Origin: Deltaproteobacteria bacterium
GTDB lineage: Bacteria > Desulfobacterota > GWC2-55-46 > JADFVP01
NCBI GenBank assembly: GCA_029262515.1
Contig: JAJCZH010000005.1
Location: 31,793-95,792, forward strand
Length of the DNA: 64,000 nt
Reading direction: 5' to 3'
The position numbers and the translations under genes were made by a program. This document shows, piece after piece, positions 36,593 to 46,588 of the stretch. The notes below the pieces were generated by a model, which was given only the letters and a program-made list of their open reading frames with translations, was not told where the DNA came from and made no database searches. Each line of letters begins with the position of its first letter. The first letter of the stretch is position 1.

Positions 36593-38082
36593 TGGCCAGG
36601 CTCTTCAATACTTATACGATAGCTCTTTTACTGCTCTTTCTGGTCACAGCATGTGGCTCAAACAGACCGCGCCCGGATTCAGCTTCGATTGAAGTGCCGG
36701 AGTCCTTCTCAGCCGATGGAGAGATCATGGGCTCTGCCGCGTTTTCAGGTTTATCAGTTTTATCCAAAGAAACTGGCGAGTGGTGGAGAGGTTTTGGAGA
36801 CCCGAGGCTCAATGAGCTGATGGATCAGCTTTTTGAAGGCAACCTCAATATTGCGATGGCGTACGAGAGGTTAAACAAGGCCCGCGCCCTTATGTTTATT
36901 GAGAACGGGGCAGAGGGTCCGAACCTGACGCTTGGCGCCAATGGAGGCAGAAGCCGGACAGTAGCAGGCACGGCTGATACGTACAGGGCCTCGGCTGCGG
37001 CAAGTTACGAGATAGACCTCTGGGGCAGGTTTGCTGCTAAGAGCAAGGCAACCCGCAAAGAGATGGAAGCTACGGCCGGGGACTTAAAGGCGATCTATAT
37101 AACCCTCTCAGCTGAGCTTGTTGAATTGTACTATCTCGGTGTAGAGCGGAGCCTGCAGCACGGGGTTGCTACCCGTATGGTTGAAGTCGCCGGAGAGAAA
37201 CTTTCGCTAAGCGAGCAGAGGTACCGGGAAGGCCTTGTCTCGGCCAGAGAACTCTACGTCGCGAGAGAGGGGTTGGCAACGGCAAAAGCGAGACGCCCCT
37301 CTATAGAGTCGGAGATTGCGGGAGCCGGACACTCGGTTTCGGTTCTCACGGGCCGGGTGCCGAAAGCCGGAGCTTCAAACCTTTTTACCGGTTCGAACCA
37401 CCTGCCGCTGCCGCCCCGGATACCGGTTCTGCTTCCGAGCCAACTTGTAAACCGCAGGCCAGATCTCAGTGCCTCGCTCTTGCGTGTCGAGTCTAACGAC
37501 CACAGGGTTGCCGTTGCGATTGCCGACCGTTTTCCCTCTTTCAGTCTTACCGGTGAATACGGCGGTGCGAGTTCCAGCCTCAGCAGCCTGCTCGATTCTC
37601 CTAACATACTCTGGAATTTGCTCGTTCAGGCAACGGCGCCTGTTTTAGACGGCGGAAGGCGAAGGGCCGAGGTGAAAAGAACAGAGGCGCTCTTCAATGA
37701 GTCGTTACTGCAGTACCGTCAAAACCTGTTGGTTGCGTTAAAGGAGGTTGAGGATGCCCTCAACACTAATCGCGCCGCTATAGTTGGTTTGCCGCTTTCA
37801 GTGGCGAAAAGGGAGGCTGCAGATGGCGCGCTCAATGTGACTGTGCAGAGGTACCGTAACGGTGTTGGTGATTATATGGACGTCTTGACCGAAAGACAGA
37901 GGCTCTACGAAGCGCAGAGTGGTGAGTTGAGCGCAGAGCGCGCTCTGATCTCCGCACGTCTCTCTTTGATCCGTTCTCTCGGAGGAGACTTTATGGAGGC
38001 GGCTGTTCAGAAAAGGGTCGATGAGAACCGCAGCGCGGCCACCCGCATGCGAGAGACGTTTCAAATAGAGGAGATAAACTAA
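36592..38082 (+). CDS. RND efflux outer membrane lipoprotein (NodT/OprM family)
   Basis: Lipobox VTAC and motifs WWRGFGDPRL, SYEIDLWG and LPSQLVNRRPD. Confidence 0.93.
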   Translation: MARLFNTYTIALLLLFLVTACGSNRPRPDSASIEVPESFSADGEIMGSAAFSGLSVLSKETGEWWRGFGDPRLNELMDQLFEGNLNIAMAYERLNKARALMFIENGAEGPNLTLGANGGRSRTVAGTADTYRASAAASYEIDLWGRFAAKSKATRKEMEATAGDLKAIYITLSAELVELYYLGVERSLQHGVATRMVEVAGEKLSLSEQRYREGLVSARELYVAREGLATAKARRPSIESEIAGAGHSVSVLTGRVPKAGASNLFTGSNHLPLPPRIPVLLPSQLVNRRPDLSASLLRVESNDHRVAVAIADRFPSFSLTGEYGGASSSLSSLLDSPNILWNLLVQATAPVLDGGRRRAEVKRTEALFNESLLQYRQNLLVALKEVEDALNTNRAAIVGLPLSVAKREAADGALNVTVQRYRNGVGDYMDVLTERQRLYEAQSGELSAERALISARLSLIRSLGGDFMEAAVQKRVDENRSAATRMRETFQIEEIN

Positions 38083-39327
38083 ATGGGTTCCGGGAAAAAA
38101 ATTCTGAAGGTACTCTTGCCGGTTATTTTATTGCTGGTCGGCTTAAGCGTTTTGGTGGGGCTGGTATCTAGCCGTAAGGCGCCGCGCAAGGCCGAAAAGA
38201 GAGAAACTGGCGCTCTTGTAAGGGTAATGGAGGCTAAGAGGGTTTCGCACAGAATTATACTGAGCGCAACCGGTACCGCAAGACCGTCTCGTTCGGTAAC
38301 GGTTATCCCGGAGGTGAGCGGAAGGCTTAAGTTCGTCTCGGACTCGCTTGTTCAAGGCGGGCTCTTTCCAGAGGGCAAGGTGCTTGTTAAGGTAGAGGAC
38401 GTAGATTACAGGCTTAATATAGAACGGGCCGGTGCCGCTATGGCGACTGCCGAGTTTGAGCTTGCAAAGATAGAGAGCGAGGCGCGCGTAGCGCGCAACG
38501 TCTGGAGCGCTTCCGGAGTCAAGAGCACTGACAAAGAGAATCCGAATCCTTTGGTCGTTTATACCCCGCAGTTAAAGAATGCACGTGCAGGACTCGCCTC
38601 TGCCAGGGCGGCTTATATCCAGGAGCAGGTTAATCTTGAGAGGACTGTGCTTCGCGCCCCCTTTAACTCTATCGTCAGGTCCGAGAGCGTGGAACTCGGC
38701 CAGTACGTCAGGTCGGGTACAGAAGTAGCGACGCTTATCGGTACGGACGATATCGAGATAGTTGTGCCTCTTAAGGTCGATGACCTGAGGTGGATTGTGA
38801 TTCCAGAAGCCGGCAGTGATACCAAGGGTTCGAGAGCTACGGTAAGTATGGAGACCGGCGGCCAGAGCTATATATGGAAGGGACGCGTAGTCCGTTCTCT
38901 GGCAGAGGTCGATCCTGGCGGACGGATGATGCGCGTTGTGGTGAGGGTAGAAGACCCGTACGGGTTAAAGTCCAAAAAGAGACTGAGAAATAAGAGCAAA
39001 CCTCCCCTTGCAGTTGGAAGTTTTGTGGGCGTTGAGATAGAGGGCGGTAAAATGGACGGGGTTTTTGTGGTATCGAGAAGCGCGCTTCGCGATAACTCAA
39101 CCGTCTGGACCGTAGGCGAAGATAGTAACCTGAAGATACGGAGCGTGACTCCGGTCAGGATAGAGTCTGAGACTGTCATAATTAAAGAGGGGCTCTCGGA
39201 CGGTATTTTTGTTGTCACGACGGACCTTAGCGGTGCTGCCGACGGCATGAAGCTGAGAACGCTTTTAGGTGGTGACGCCGGCACGAAGAGTCAGGAAATG
39301 AAGAGCATAAAAGAGGTAGCGAAGTGA
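38083..39327 (+). CDS. RND efflux periplasmic adaptor (membrane fusion protein)
   Basis: Motifs PEVSGR, LERTVLRAPF and VELGQYV. N-terminal anchor. Confidence 0.93.
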   Translation: MGSGKKILKVLLPVILLLVGLSVLVGLVSSRKAPRKAEKRETGALVRVMEAKRVSHRIILSATGTARPSRSVTVIPEVSGRLKFVSDSLVQGGLFPEGKVLVKVEDVDYRLNIERAGAAMATAEFELAKIESEARVARNVWSASGVKSTDKENPNPLVVYTPQLKNARAGLASARAAYIQEQVNLERTVLRAPFNSIVRSESVELGQYVRSGTEVATLIGTDDIEIVVPLKVDDLRWIVIPEAGSDTKGSRATVSMETGGQSYIWKGRVVRSLAEVDPGGRMMRVVVRVEDPYGLKSKKRLRNKSKPPLAVGSFVGVEIEGGKMDGVFVVSRSALRDNSTVWTVGEDSNLKIRSVTPVRIESETVIIKEGLSDGIFVVTTDLSGAADGMKLRTLLGGDAGTKSQEMKSIKEVAK

Positions 39328-42300
39328 AGGCTGCAATAAGATGGATGGCCAGAAACCATGTGGCCGCCAATCTGCTGATGCTGATTCTGATCTTCGGCGG
39401 CATAATGATGGCCATGTCGATCAAGCAGGAGATCTTTCCCGAGATAGCTATGGACAGGGTCAGTGTCTCCGTGGCCTATCCCGGAGCCGGCCCCGAAGAG
39501 GTTGAAGAGGGTGTGGTTCTAAAGATAGAGGAGAGCCTGAGCGGGGTGACGGGTATAAAGAAGGTGACCTCCGTGGCCTCGGAAGGCAGTGGATCTGTTA
39601 TTGCCGAGGCGATAACCGGTACCGATATAGACCTCTTGACACAGGAGATCAAGTCTGAGGTAGACCGAATAACCACGTTGCCGGAAGATGCGGAGAAACC
39701 GGTGGTCTCGAAACTGTTGAGGCGTACTCAGGTTATTTATGTGGTGGTCTACGGTGATATTCCGGAGCGGAGCCTGCGTGAGTATGCCGAGGGCATAAGC
39801 GATGACCTTAGGTTCTTGCCGGTCATTACCCAGACGGAGCTGGCCGGAGTGCGCCCTTATGAAATATCTATTGAGTTGACGGAAGAGAAGTTAAGAAGTT
39901 ACGGCCTTACGCTCGAGGGTGTCGCCGCCAGGGTTAAGAAGGCGTCTATCGACCTGCCTGCCGGAACACTTAAGTCGAGCGGCGGCGAGGTGATGATACG
40001 CACGAAGGAGAAACGGTACAACGGAGCCGGTTACTCCGATATAGCCGTCATAGACAGGCCAGACGGAACCACCGTACGGCTCGGAGATATTGCGGACGTG
40101 CGAGATACCTTCAGGGATACCGATCAGTTCCTGAGCTTTGACGGTAAACCGGCGGCCATGGTAGCGGTCTTCAGGGTCGGTGAACAGAAACCGATAGAGA
40201 TCTCGCGTGCGGTAAAGTCGTACATAGAGGAGAAGCAGAATAGCCTGCCCGACTCCGTAACACTTGCCACATTCGACGACAAGAGCGAGCTTCTAAAAAG
40301 CAGGATGAACCTGCTGATAAAGAACGCGCTCCTGGGGCTCGTTCTCGTCTTTATCGTTCTCGGACTATTTTTACAGATGCGCCTTGCCAGCTGGGTAATG
40401 CTCGGTATACCGATCTCCTTTCTAGGTGCGCTCCTGTTGATGCCTGGACTTGATGTTTCGATTAATATGCTCTCCCTCTTCGCCTTTATACTCGCCCTCG
40501 GTATTGTCGTCGATGATGCCATCGTCGTCGGCGAGAATATATTTGAACACCGTAAAAGAGGTGAGGGGCATCTGAGTGCGGCGGTAGACGGGGCTATTGA
40601 GGTGTCCGGCCCGGTAATATTCTCGATCCTTACGACGATTGTCGCTTTCATGCCGCTGCTCTTTATTGATGGCATGATAGGCAAGTTCATAAGGACGATT
40701 CCGCTTGTGGTGGTGCCTATTCTGGCTGTCTCGCTCGTTGAGTCGCTCTTTATACTTCCGTCACACCTCGGGCATAGTACGGAGGAGAAAGCGCGAAAGG
40801 GCAAACCGTGGATATTGACTCGTATACGGCTCGGTTTTGCCCGCGTTCTTGATAGCTTTGTAAACGGGCCGTACCTCTCTCTTTTAAGGCTCGCTCTTGC
40901 TAACCGATATGCAACCGTTGCTGCGGCCATAGCGATATTCCTGATTGCTCTCGGCATAGTAGGCGGAGGAGTTGTAAAGTTCCATTTTATGCCAAAGGTA
41001 GACGGCGATTTTGTTATGGCGACGGTAAAGATGCCGATAGGCACGCCTGTCGAAGAGACCAGAAAGGTGCAGGAGCTGCTTGTGATTAAAGCGCAAGAGC
41101 TGCAGGGTGAATTCGATGCAACCCGGACCGACGGCAGGTCAATTTTGAGGAATATCTACTCGATGGTCGGAGGCAGTATTGCGAGCGGTGCCTTCTCCGG
41201 AGCCGAGGGCGGCCATATTGCCGAGGCTGCCCTTATTCTTACTCCGAGCGAGGTCCGTAAAGTTTCGGCCTCCAAGATAGCAAACAGATGGCGAGCGCTC
41301 GTGGGCGAGGTGCCAGGCGTAGACAGCCTTACTTTCAGCTCTAACATCGTGCATTTCGGCGCCAACATAGACGTTCAACTCGCCCATGACGATTCCGAGG
41401 TACTCGTAAGAGCTTCGGAGCGGGTAAAGAGCGTGCTTGCGGAGTATCCGGGCGTGGGTGATATAGCCGACAATTATACCCGGGGCAAGAGGGAGATGAC
41501 GCTCAAGCTGAAACCGGATGCGCGTACACTAGGGATAACCGAGGAGGAACTTGCGCGCCAGGTGCGCTCGGCCTTCTTCGGCGCCGAGGCGCTCAGGTTT
41601 CAGAGAGGAAGAAATGAACTGAGGGTAATGGTCCGCTATCCGGAGAGCGAGCGCGTGAGCATAGGTAACCTTGAGAATATGCGTATAAGGACGCCGGATG
41701 GCGCAGAGATACCGTTTGCGCGCGCAGCTTACGTTGAGTCCGGCAGGGGGTATAGCAAGATAAACAGGAGCGAGAGGAAGAAGGTGATAAATGTTACGGC
41801 AAGCGTGGAGAGCAGTGTCGCAAATGCCGAGGAGATAATTACAGAGCTAAAGGATACGTTATTCAAGGAACTGGCCCTCGATTACCCCGGTCTCTCCTTC
41901 GACCTCGAAGGAGAGGACAAGGAGCGTAGTGACTCGATGGATAGTATGAAGAGCGGTTTTCTTATGGCGCTTTTCGTTATCTATGTCTTGCTGGCGGTGC
42001 CGTTCAAGAGTTATACGCAGCCGTTGATAATAATGGCTGCAATCCCGTTCGGCCTCGTAGGCGCTGTGCTCGGTCACCTGATCATGGGGTATAACCTCAG
42101 CATACTCAGCATGTTCGGCCTCGTTGCGCTCTCCGGCGTCTTGATCAATGACGCGTTGCTCCTGATCGATTATATCAACAGAAAGCGCAAAGCCGGGTTA
42201 GATACCCAGTCGTCGATTATAGAGGCGGGCCGCCGCCGTTTCAGACCGATTATACTGACTTCACTGACCACTTCACTCGGCCTGACGCCGATGATCCTGG

Positions 42301-42509
42301 AAACTAGCGTGCAGGCGCAGTTTTTGATACCTATGGCTATAAGCCTCGGTTTCGGCATTCTCTTTGCTACCGGCATTACGCTTCTTCTGATACCGTCGCT
42401 CTACCTTGTGCTAGAAGATATAAGGGGGCTGCTCGGACTTAACATGAGTGGTGCAGAGTCCTCAGAAAAGGTCGTTATAAGTACGCAGGAGTCGGGCTCA
42501 GAGGGGTAA
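39324..42509 (+). CDS. RND efflux permease (AcrB/AcrD/AcrF family)
   Basis: Motifs NHVAANLLM, LGIVVDDAIVVGENI and RRFRPIILTSLTT. 1061 aa. Confidence 0.96.
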   Translation: MKAAIRWMARNHVAANLLMLILIFGGIMMAMSIKQEIFPEIAMDRVSVSVAYPGAGPEEVEEGVVLKIEESLSGVTGIKKVTSVASEGSGSVIAEAITGTDIDLLTQEIKSEVDRITTLPEDAEKPVVSKLLRRTQVIYVVVYGDIPERSLREYAEGISDDLRFLPVITQTELAGVRPYEISIELTEEKLRSYGLTLEGVAARVKKASIDLPAGTLKSSGGEVMIRTKEKRYNGAGYSDIAVIDRPDGTTVRLGDIADVRDTFRDTDQFLSFDGKPAAMVAVFRVGEQKPIEISRAVKSYIEEKQNSLPDSVTLATFDDKSELLKSRMNLLIKNALLGLVLVFIVLGLFLQMRLASWVMLGIPISFLGALLLMPGLDVSINMLSLFAFILALGIVVDDAIVVGENIFEHRKRGEGHLSAAVDGAIEVSGPVIFSILTTIVAFMPLLFIDGMIGKFIRTIPLVVVPILAVSLVESLFILPSHLGHSTEEKARKGKPWILTRIRLGFARVLDSFVNGPYLSLLRLALANRYATVAAAIAIFLIALGIVGGGVVKFHFMPKVDGDFVMATVKMPIGTPVEETRKVQELLVIKAQELQGEFDATRTDGRSILRNIYSMVGGSIASGAFSGAEGGHIAEAALILTPSEVRKVSASKIANRWRALVGEVPGVDSLTFSSNIVHFGANIDVQLAHDDSEVLVRASERVKSVLAEYPGVGDIADNYTRGKREMTLKLKPDARTLGITEEELARQVRSAFFGAEALRFQRGRNELRVMVRYPESERVSIGNLENMRIRTPDGAEIPFARAAYVESGRGYSKINRSERKKVINVTASVESSVANAEEIITELKDTLFKELALDYPGLSFDLEGEDKERSDSMDSMKSGFLMALFVIYVLLAVPFKSYTQPLIIMAAIPFGLVGAVLGHLIMGYNLSILSMFGLVALSGVLINDALLLIDYINRKRKAGLDTQSSIIEAGRRRFRPIILTSLTTSLGLTPMILETSVQAQFLIPMAISLGFGILFATGITLLLIPSLYLVLEDIRGLLGLNMSGAESSEKVVISTQESGSEG

Positions 42510-42570
42510 GTTGCTCTTCTTTAGTGATAAAGGGCCGGAGTTGCGGTCGTTACTACTATTATATCCTCAT

Positions 42571-42610
42571 AAAGAACCCCGTATTGCGAGTACGCAATAC
42601 GGGGTTCTTT
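42571..42610. terminator. bidirectional terminator
   Basis: aaagaaccccgtattgcg / cgcaatacggggttcttt. Confidence 0.85.
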
Positions 42611-42640
42611 AATGCCTGCAACGCTAGAGTGTAGAAGGCA

Positions 42641-42817
42641 TTAGCCGCCCATCTCTTCCTTCTTGATCTTGTCCATCAACTCAGCCGTCACTTTCGTCTC
42701 TCCGAGCGCAATAGCCGCCTTCTCTATCTTTCCCTTTGCCATGCCTCTGACAAAAGAGGGTATTTTCTCAAGTCTCTGCAGGGCGTCGTCATCCCAGTCG
42801 AGTCCGTTATCCGCCAT
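42641..42817 (-). CDS. standalone PCP_red-domain small protein
   Basis: WDDDALQRLEKIPSFVRGMAKGKIEKAA..G.TKVT.E. Confidence 0.85.
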   Translation of the reverse strand: MADNGLDWDDDALQRLEKIPSFVRGMAKGKIEKAAIALGETKVTAELMDKIKKEEMGG

Positions 42818-43118
42818 TTCATATGCTCCCTTCTCATTATTTACGTCCATGCCTTTGGGCAGAACGTATGGTATACGAACGTCTGATCATCTGCGAATTG
42901 GAGCGATTATTTTACAACCGCTTCAACTATATTGCAAGCTAATAGCTCGGTACTATCTTATTTGTAAATATGGTCGGATATAAGATTTAACATGGGGCAG
43001 GCGAGAAAGAATTCGGTTTTGTTTTTGCGATTTAGGCCGATATAGAGTACCATGTTCGTATGGTCCGGTTGGACTCTAATAGACTCTAATTCGGGTCTTA
43101 ACTTTAAGGAGATGAATA

Positions 43119-43814
43119 ATGGTATCTTACAAATCATTCTGCTCGTTTGCTGTGGCAATACTTCTTATGCTCGCCTCGTCATCGGCATTTGCCGGAGGAG
43201 TACACAACGGCGTGGTGCTCGAAACGATAGCCGGCGGCGGTTACACCTATATGGAGATCAATGAGAGCGGAAACAAGTTCTGGATCGCCGGGCCGCAAAG
43301 TTCAATAAAAAAGGGAACTAAGGTCAATTTCTCTGAACAGGTCTGGATGAATAATTTTGAGAGCAAGGCGTTAAACCGCACATTCGACAAGCTGCTCTTT
43401 GTCGATAGCGTCCGTACCGGAGTGGCTGCGGATGTTCCGGCGGCTCCGTCCTCTTTAAGAATGAATGCTTCTTCGGCTCCGCCTACAAAGCCCGCTTCGG
43501 TCTTTTCCGACAAACCGGCCAAGAAGTATACGGTAGAGGAAATTTTTACGAAAAAGACCGAACTGAATGGTCAGATTATAAAGATAGTCGGCAAGGTAGT
43601 GAAGGTGTCGAAGGGTATCATGGGCAGAAACTGGGTGCATGTTGAGGATGGCACCGGTTTTCCAGGCAGCAACAAGGTCGTCTTCAGGTCTGTGAGTGGT
43701 ATAGCAGACGTTGGCGACTCTGTAACAGCAACGGGAAGGCTCGAAATAGATAAGGACTTCGGAATGGGGTACTTCTACCCGGTAATAGTAGAAGATTCTA
43801 CATTTATGAAGTAG
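43119..43814 (+). CDS. exported NrfJ-like/OB-fold protein
   Basis: Signal peptide, then GVVLET..GGYTY.E....FWIA, MNNFESKALNRTFD and IMGRNWVH.EDG...DKDFG.GY.Y. Confidence 0.75.
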   Translation: MVSYKSFCSFAVAILLMLASSSAFAGGVHNGVVLETIAGGGYTYMEINESGNKFWIAGPQSSIKKGTKVNFSEQVWMNNFESKALNRTFDKLLFVDSVRTGVAADVPAAPSSLRMNASSAPPTKPASVFSDKPAKKYTVEEIFTKKTELNGQIIKIVGKVVKVSKGIMGRNWVHVEDGTGFPGSNKVVFRSVSGIADVGDSVTATGRLEIDKDFGMGYFYPVIVEDSTFMK

Positions 43815-43898
43815 GGTTTTTTTAAAAAATTTGAGCCGGAACGGATGGAACCGAAACAGAGGTTTTATCTGCTCCGGCTCTTTCTTTTTTAACCTGCA

Positions 43899-44519
43899 TT
43901 ACATTATCTCAAGCATGTACTTTTTTACCCTTTCACGCGTTTCAGGCTCGTTATTGATAAACCGAATGCCGATGCGGTCTTTGTCTGTTGTCCAGACCAC
44001 CTCACCGTGCAGGTAGATAGTACCTATGGTATCTATGTTATCTATAATTAGAATGACGAAAGTCCCTTTTTGTAACTCGCCTGCCTTACTGGTTGACTCA
44101 ATGCAGACACCCGAAGTGCTTATATTGATGAGTCTGCCCTGTTGAGGCAGACTATCAGTGGAGTAACTTATGACTTTTTCTTTAACGGTAACCCTGAACT
44201 TGTCTCTGCACCCGGCCATAAGTTCCTCGAGGCCGGAGACGAAGAGGTCGAGAGTTGCAACCGAGAGGGCATCTGCCAATTTTCCGTTTTTAGGATATTT
44301 ATACTTTGTTAGTTCGGTTTTGGTCTTTTTGAGAAGCTCGGTATATTTGTGTTCTTTTTCTAGTAGGGATTTGCGGTGGATGCTGAACGGCCCGGCAGTG
44401 ACATAGAGACCGTCAACTGGAAATCGTGACCCGCAGTCAGGACAGGATGTCTCTTTTAATTCGGTCAAAAGTGGAGAAGAGACCCACTGTTGACACTCTG
44501 GACACTCGGTCTTTAGCAT
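43899..44519 (-). CDS. zinc-ribbon + PilZ domain protein
   Basis: N-terminal CPEC...CPDC. PilZ motifs RDKFR (RxxxR), NISTSG and GEVVW...IGIRF. Confidence 0.8.
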   Translation of the reverse strand: MLKTECPECQQWVSSPLLTELKETSCPDCGSRFPVDGLYVTAGPFSIHRKSLLEKEHKYTELLKKTKTELTKYKYPKNGKLADALSVATLDLFVSGLEELMAGCRDKFRVTVKEKVISYSTDSLPQQGRLINISTSGVCIESTSKAGELQKGTFVILIIDNIDTIGTIYLHGEVVWTTDKDRIGIRFINNEPETRERVKKYMLEIM

Positions 44520-44766
44520 AATTACATCCTTAAAATTTTCAAAATCCTCATAATGATACAATACATTAACATTTACTCACATAATCTGCAAGTACTTCTT
44601 TATTTTAATACAATTATACAGCGAAATACTCTTTTTATTCTCCATAACGCTACTTCCGCAGGTAGTCGTGTCTGTAGGCGTTTTCTTCTTTGGTTGACTG
44701 ACTGTTATAGCAGAGGTAGAATGTTATATGCTTCTTTATTCCACGTCTAATGCTATATGAGGTCTT

Positions 44767-46569
44767 ATGTTTCTGCCAACGACTAAAGCTGAACTCGAAG
44801 TTCTTGGTTGGCATACTTTGGATATAGTGCTCGTAACCGGAGACAGTTATATAGACTCTCCCTTTTCCGGGGTTGCCGTAATAGGCCACGTTCTTCTAGA
44901 TGCCGGATACAGGGTCGGTATTATAGGCCAGCCTGCTCTCGATACTCCGCAAGATATAAACCGTCTCGGTACTCCGGCTCTTTTCTGGGGCGTCACCGGC
45001 GGCTGTATAGACTCTATGGTCGCAAACCGTACGGCATCTGGCCGCAAACGGAAGCGGGACGACTATACGCCGGGCGGCGAGAATACTCTTCGGCCCGATC
45101 GTGCAACCATTCAGTATACGAACCTTATAAGAAGGTATAACAAAGAGGCCGTCCGTCCTATCGTGCTCGGCGGTATAGAGGCGAGTCTGCGACGAATGGC
45201 CCATTACGACGCATGGACCGATTCCATACGCCGTTCGGTTCTCTTTGATGCGAAGGCCGACTACCTGCTTTACGGCATGGCCGAGCGAAGCGTCGTCGAA
45301 CTTGCCGACTCTATTAAAGAAGGTAGAGAACCGAAGGACGTGCGCGGGCTCTGTTACATCTCCAAAGAGCTGCCAAAGGATTCAGTTGAGCTGCCGCCGT
45401 ACGCCGAATGCGCCGAGCGGTCGGCAGATGGGTTTAGGGCCTTTAGAGATGCATTTAAACTCTTTTACGGCAGTAACGACCCGGCCACAGCCCGAAGGCT
45501 TGCACAGCTCCACGACACCCGTTACCTTATCCAGAACCCTCCGGCGCGTTACTTAACCGAAACCGAGCTCGACTCTGTCTACGCCCTTGCCTACGAGCGA
45601 GATCTCCATCCGTACTATTTAAAGTTTGGAAGCGTTAAGGCCCTTGAGACCATCCGCTTCTCTATCTCTACTCACCGGGGCTGTTATGGAGAGTGCGGTT
45701 TTTGCGCCATTGCCGTGCACGAAGGGCGCCGGGTCAGGAGTAGAAGCAGGGCCTCTATAGTGGCCGAGGCGGTCAAGATATCCGAACACCCGCTCTTCAA
45801 GGGCAGGATCCCCGATGTCGGCGGCCCCACGGCCAATATGTACGCAAGCGGATGCGAGAGGATGGAGAAGAAGGGTTGCTGTCCTTCCAAGAGCTGCCTG
45901 ACGCCGAAGGTCTGTCCTGTTCTCAAGTTCGGCCACGCTGAGCAGGTTCAATTATTGCGGGAGCTTCGTGAGCTCAAAGGTATTAAGAAGGTGGTTGTTG
46001 CGTCCGGGCTTCGTCACGATATGATACTTGCGGATAAGAGTGCGGGAAGGCAGTATTTGAAGGAGCTGGTTACGTTCCATGTCTCCGGGCAGTTGAAGAT
46101 AGCCCCTGAGCACTCGGAGCCGAACGTGCTTAAGGTTATGGGTAAGGATGGATGCGATCGCGCCGCGTTACTTAAGTTTAAAGAGCTTTTTTACAAGTTT
46201 ACCAAAGAGGCGGGCCTCAAGCAGTTTCTCTCTTACTATCTTATGGCTGCTCATCCGGGTTCCACTCTTGAAGATATGATTCGATTGAGGAAGTTCGCAC
46301 TTGCTGAGCTGGACACCCTGCCCGAACAGGTTCAGCTCTTTACCCCTACACCTTCGACGATCTCCACCCTCGTATACTGGACAGGGTTCGACCCTGTCAC
46401 GGCTACTCCCTGTTTCGTGGAGAAGAGTCCAAAGGGCAGGGAGGCGCAGAAAGAGGCCGTGACAGGCGCCGATAAGACTCTGAAGCAGAATATGGGTTAT
46501 ACGCGCAAAAGGAGTGGAGTTAAGGTCCGTAAGGGTAACACAGGTGCTTACAAGGGAGGAAGAAGGTAA
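44767..46569 (+). CDS. ygiQ: YgiQ/UPF0313 family radical SAM protein
   Basis: Motifs MFLPTT..LVTGDSYID.P, GGIEASLRR.AHYD, HRGCYGECGFC, GGPTANMY and LKIAPEH. Confidence 0.93.
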   Translation: MFLPTTKAELEVLGWHTLDIVLVTGDSYIDSPFSGVAVIGHVLLDAGYRVGIIGQPALDTPQDINRLGTPALFWGVTGGCIDSMVANRTASGRKRKRDDYTPGGENTLRPDRATIQYTNLIRRYNKEAVRPIVLGGIEASLRRMAHYDAWTDSIRRSVLFDAKADYLLYGMAERSVVELADSIKEGREPKDVRGLCYISKELPKDSVELPPYAECAERSADGFRAFRDAFKLFYGSNDPATARRLAQLHDTRYLIQNPPARYLTETELDSVYALAYERDLHPYYLKFGSVKALETIRFSISTHRGCYGECGFCAIAVHEGRRVRSRSRASIVAEAVKISEHPLFKGRIPDVGGPTANMYASGCERMEKKGCCPSKSCLTPKVCPVLKFGHAEQVQLLRELRELKGIKKVVVASGLRHDMILADKSAGRQYLKELVTFHVSGQLKIAPEHSEPNVLKVMGKDGCDRAALLKFKELFYKFTKEAGLKQFLSYYLMAAHPGSTLEDMIRLRKFALAELDTLPEQVQLFTPTPSTISTLVYWTGFDPVTATPCFVEKSPKGREAQKEAVTGADKTLKQNMGYTRKRSGVKVRKGNTGAYKGGRR

Positions 46570-46588
46570 GAGTAATTCGGTGTCAGCG

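Noticed and set aside
40124-41044. Long antisense or shadow ORFs (e.g. 40124-41044, 15769-16617, 34436-35167, 6909-7622, 8919-9605)
   Set aside because: They overlap confidently assigned genes on the other strand and have no motifs or RBS. This is an expected by-product of codon bias.
42641-42817. PCP_red domain as evidence of (bacterio)chlorophyll synthesis, together with the GGR-family gene
   Set aside because: Both families are widespread in non-phototrophs, and no bch or chl genes are in the window.
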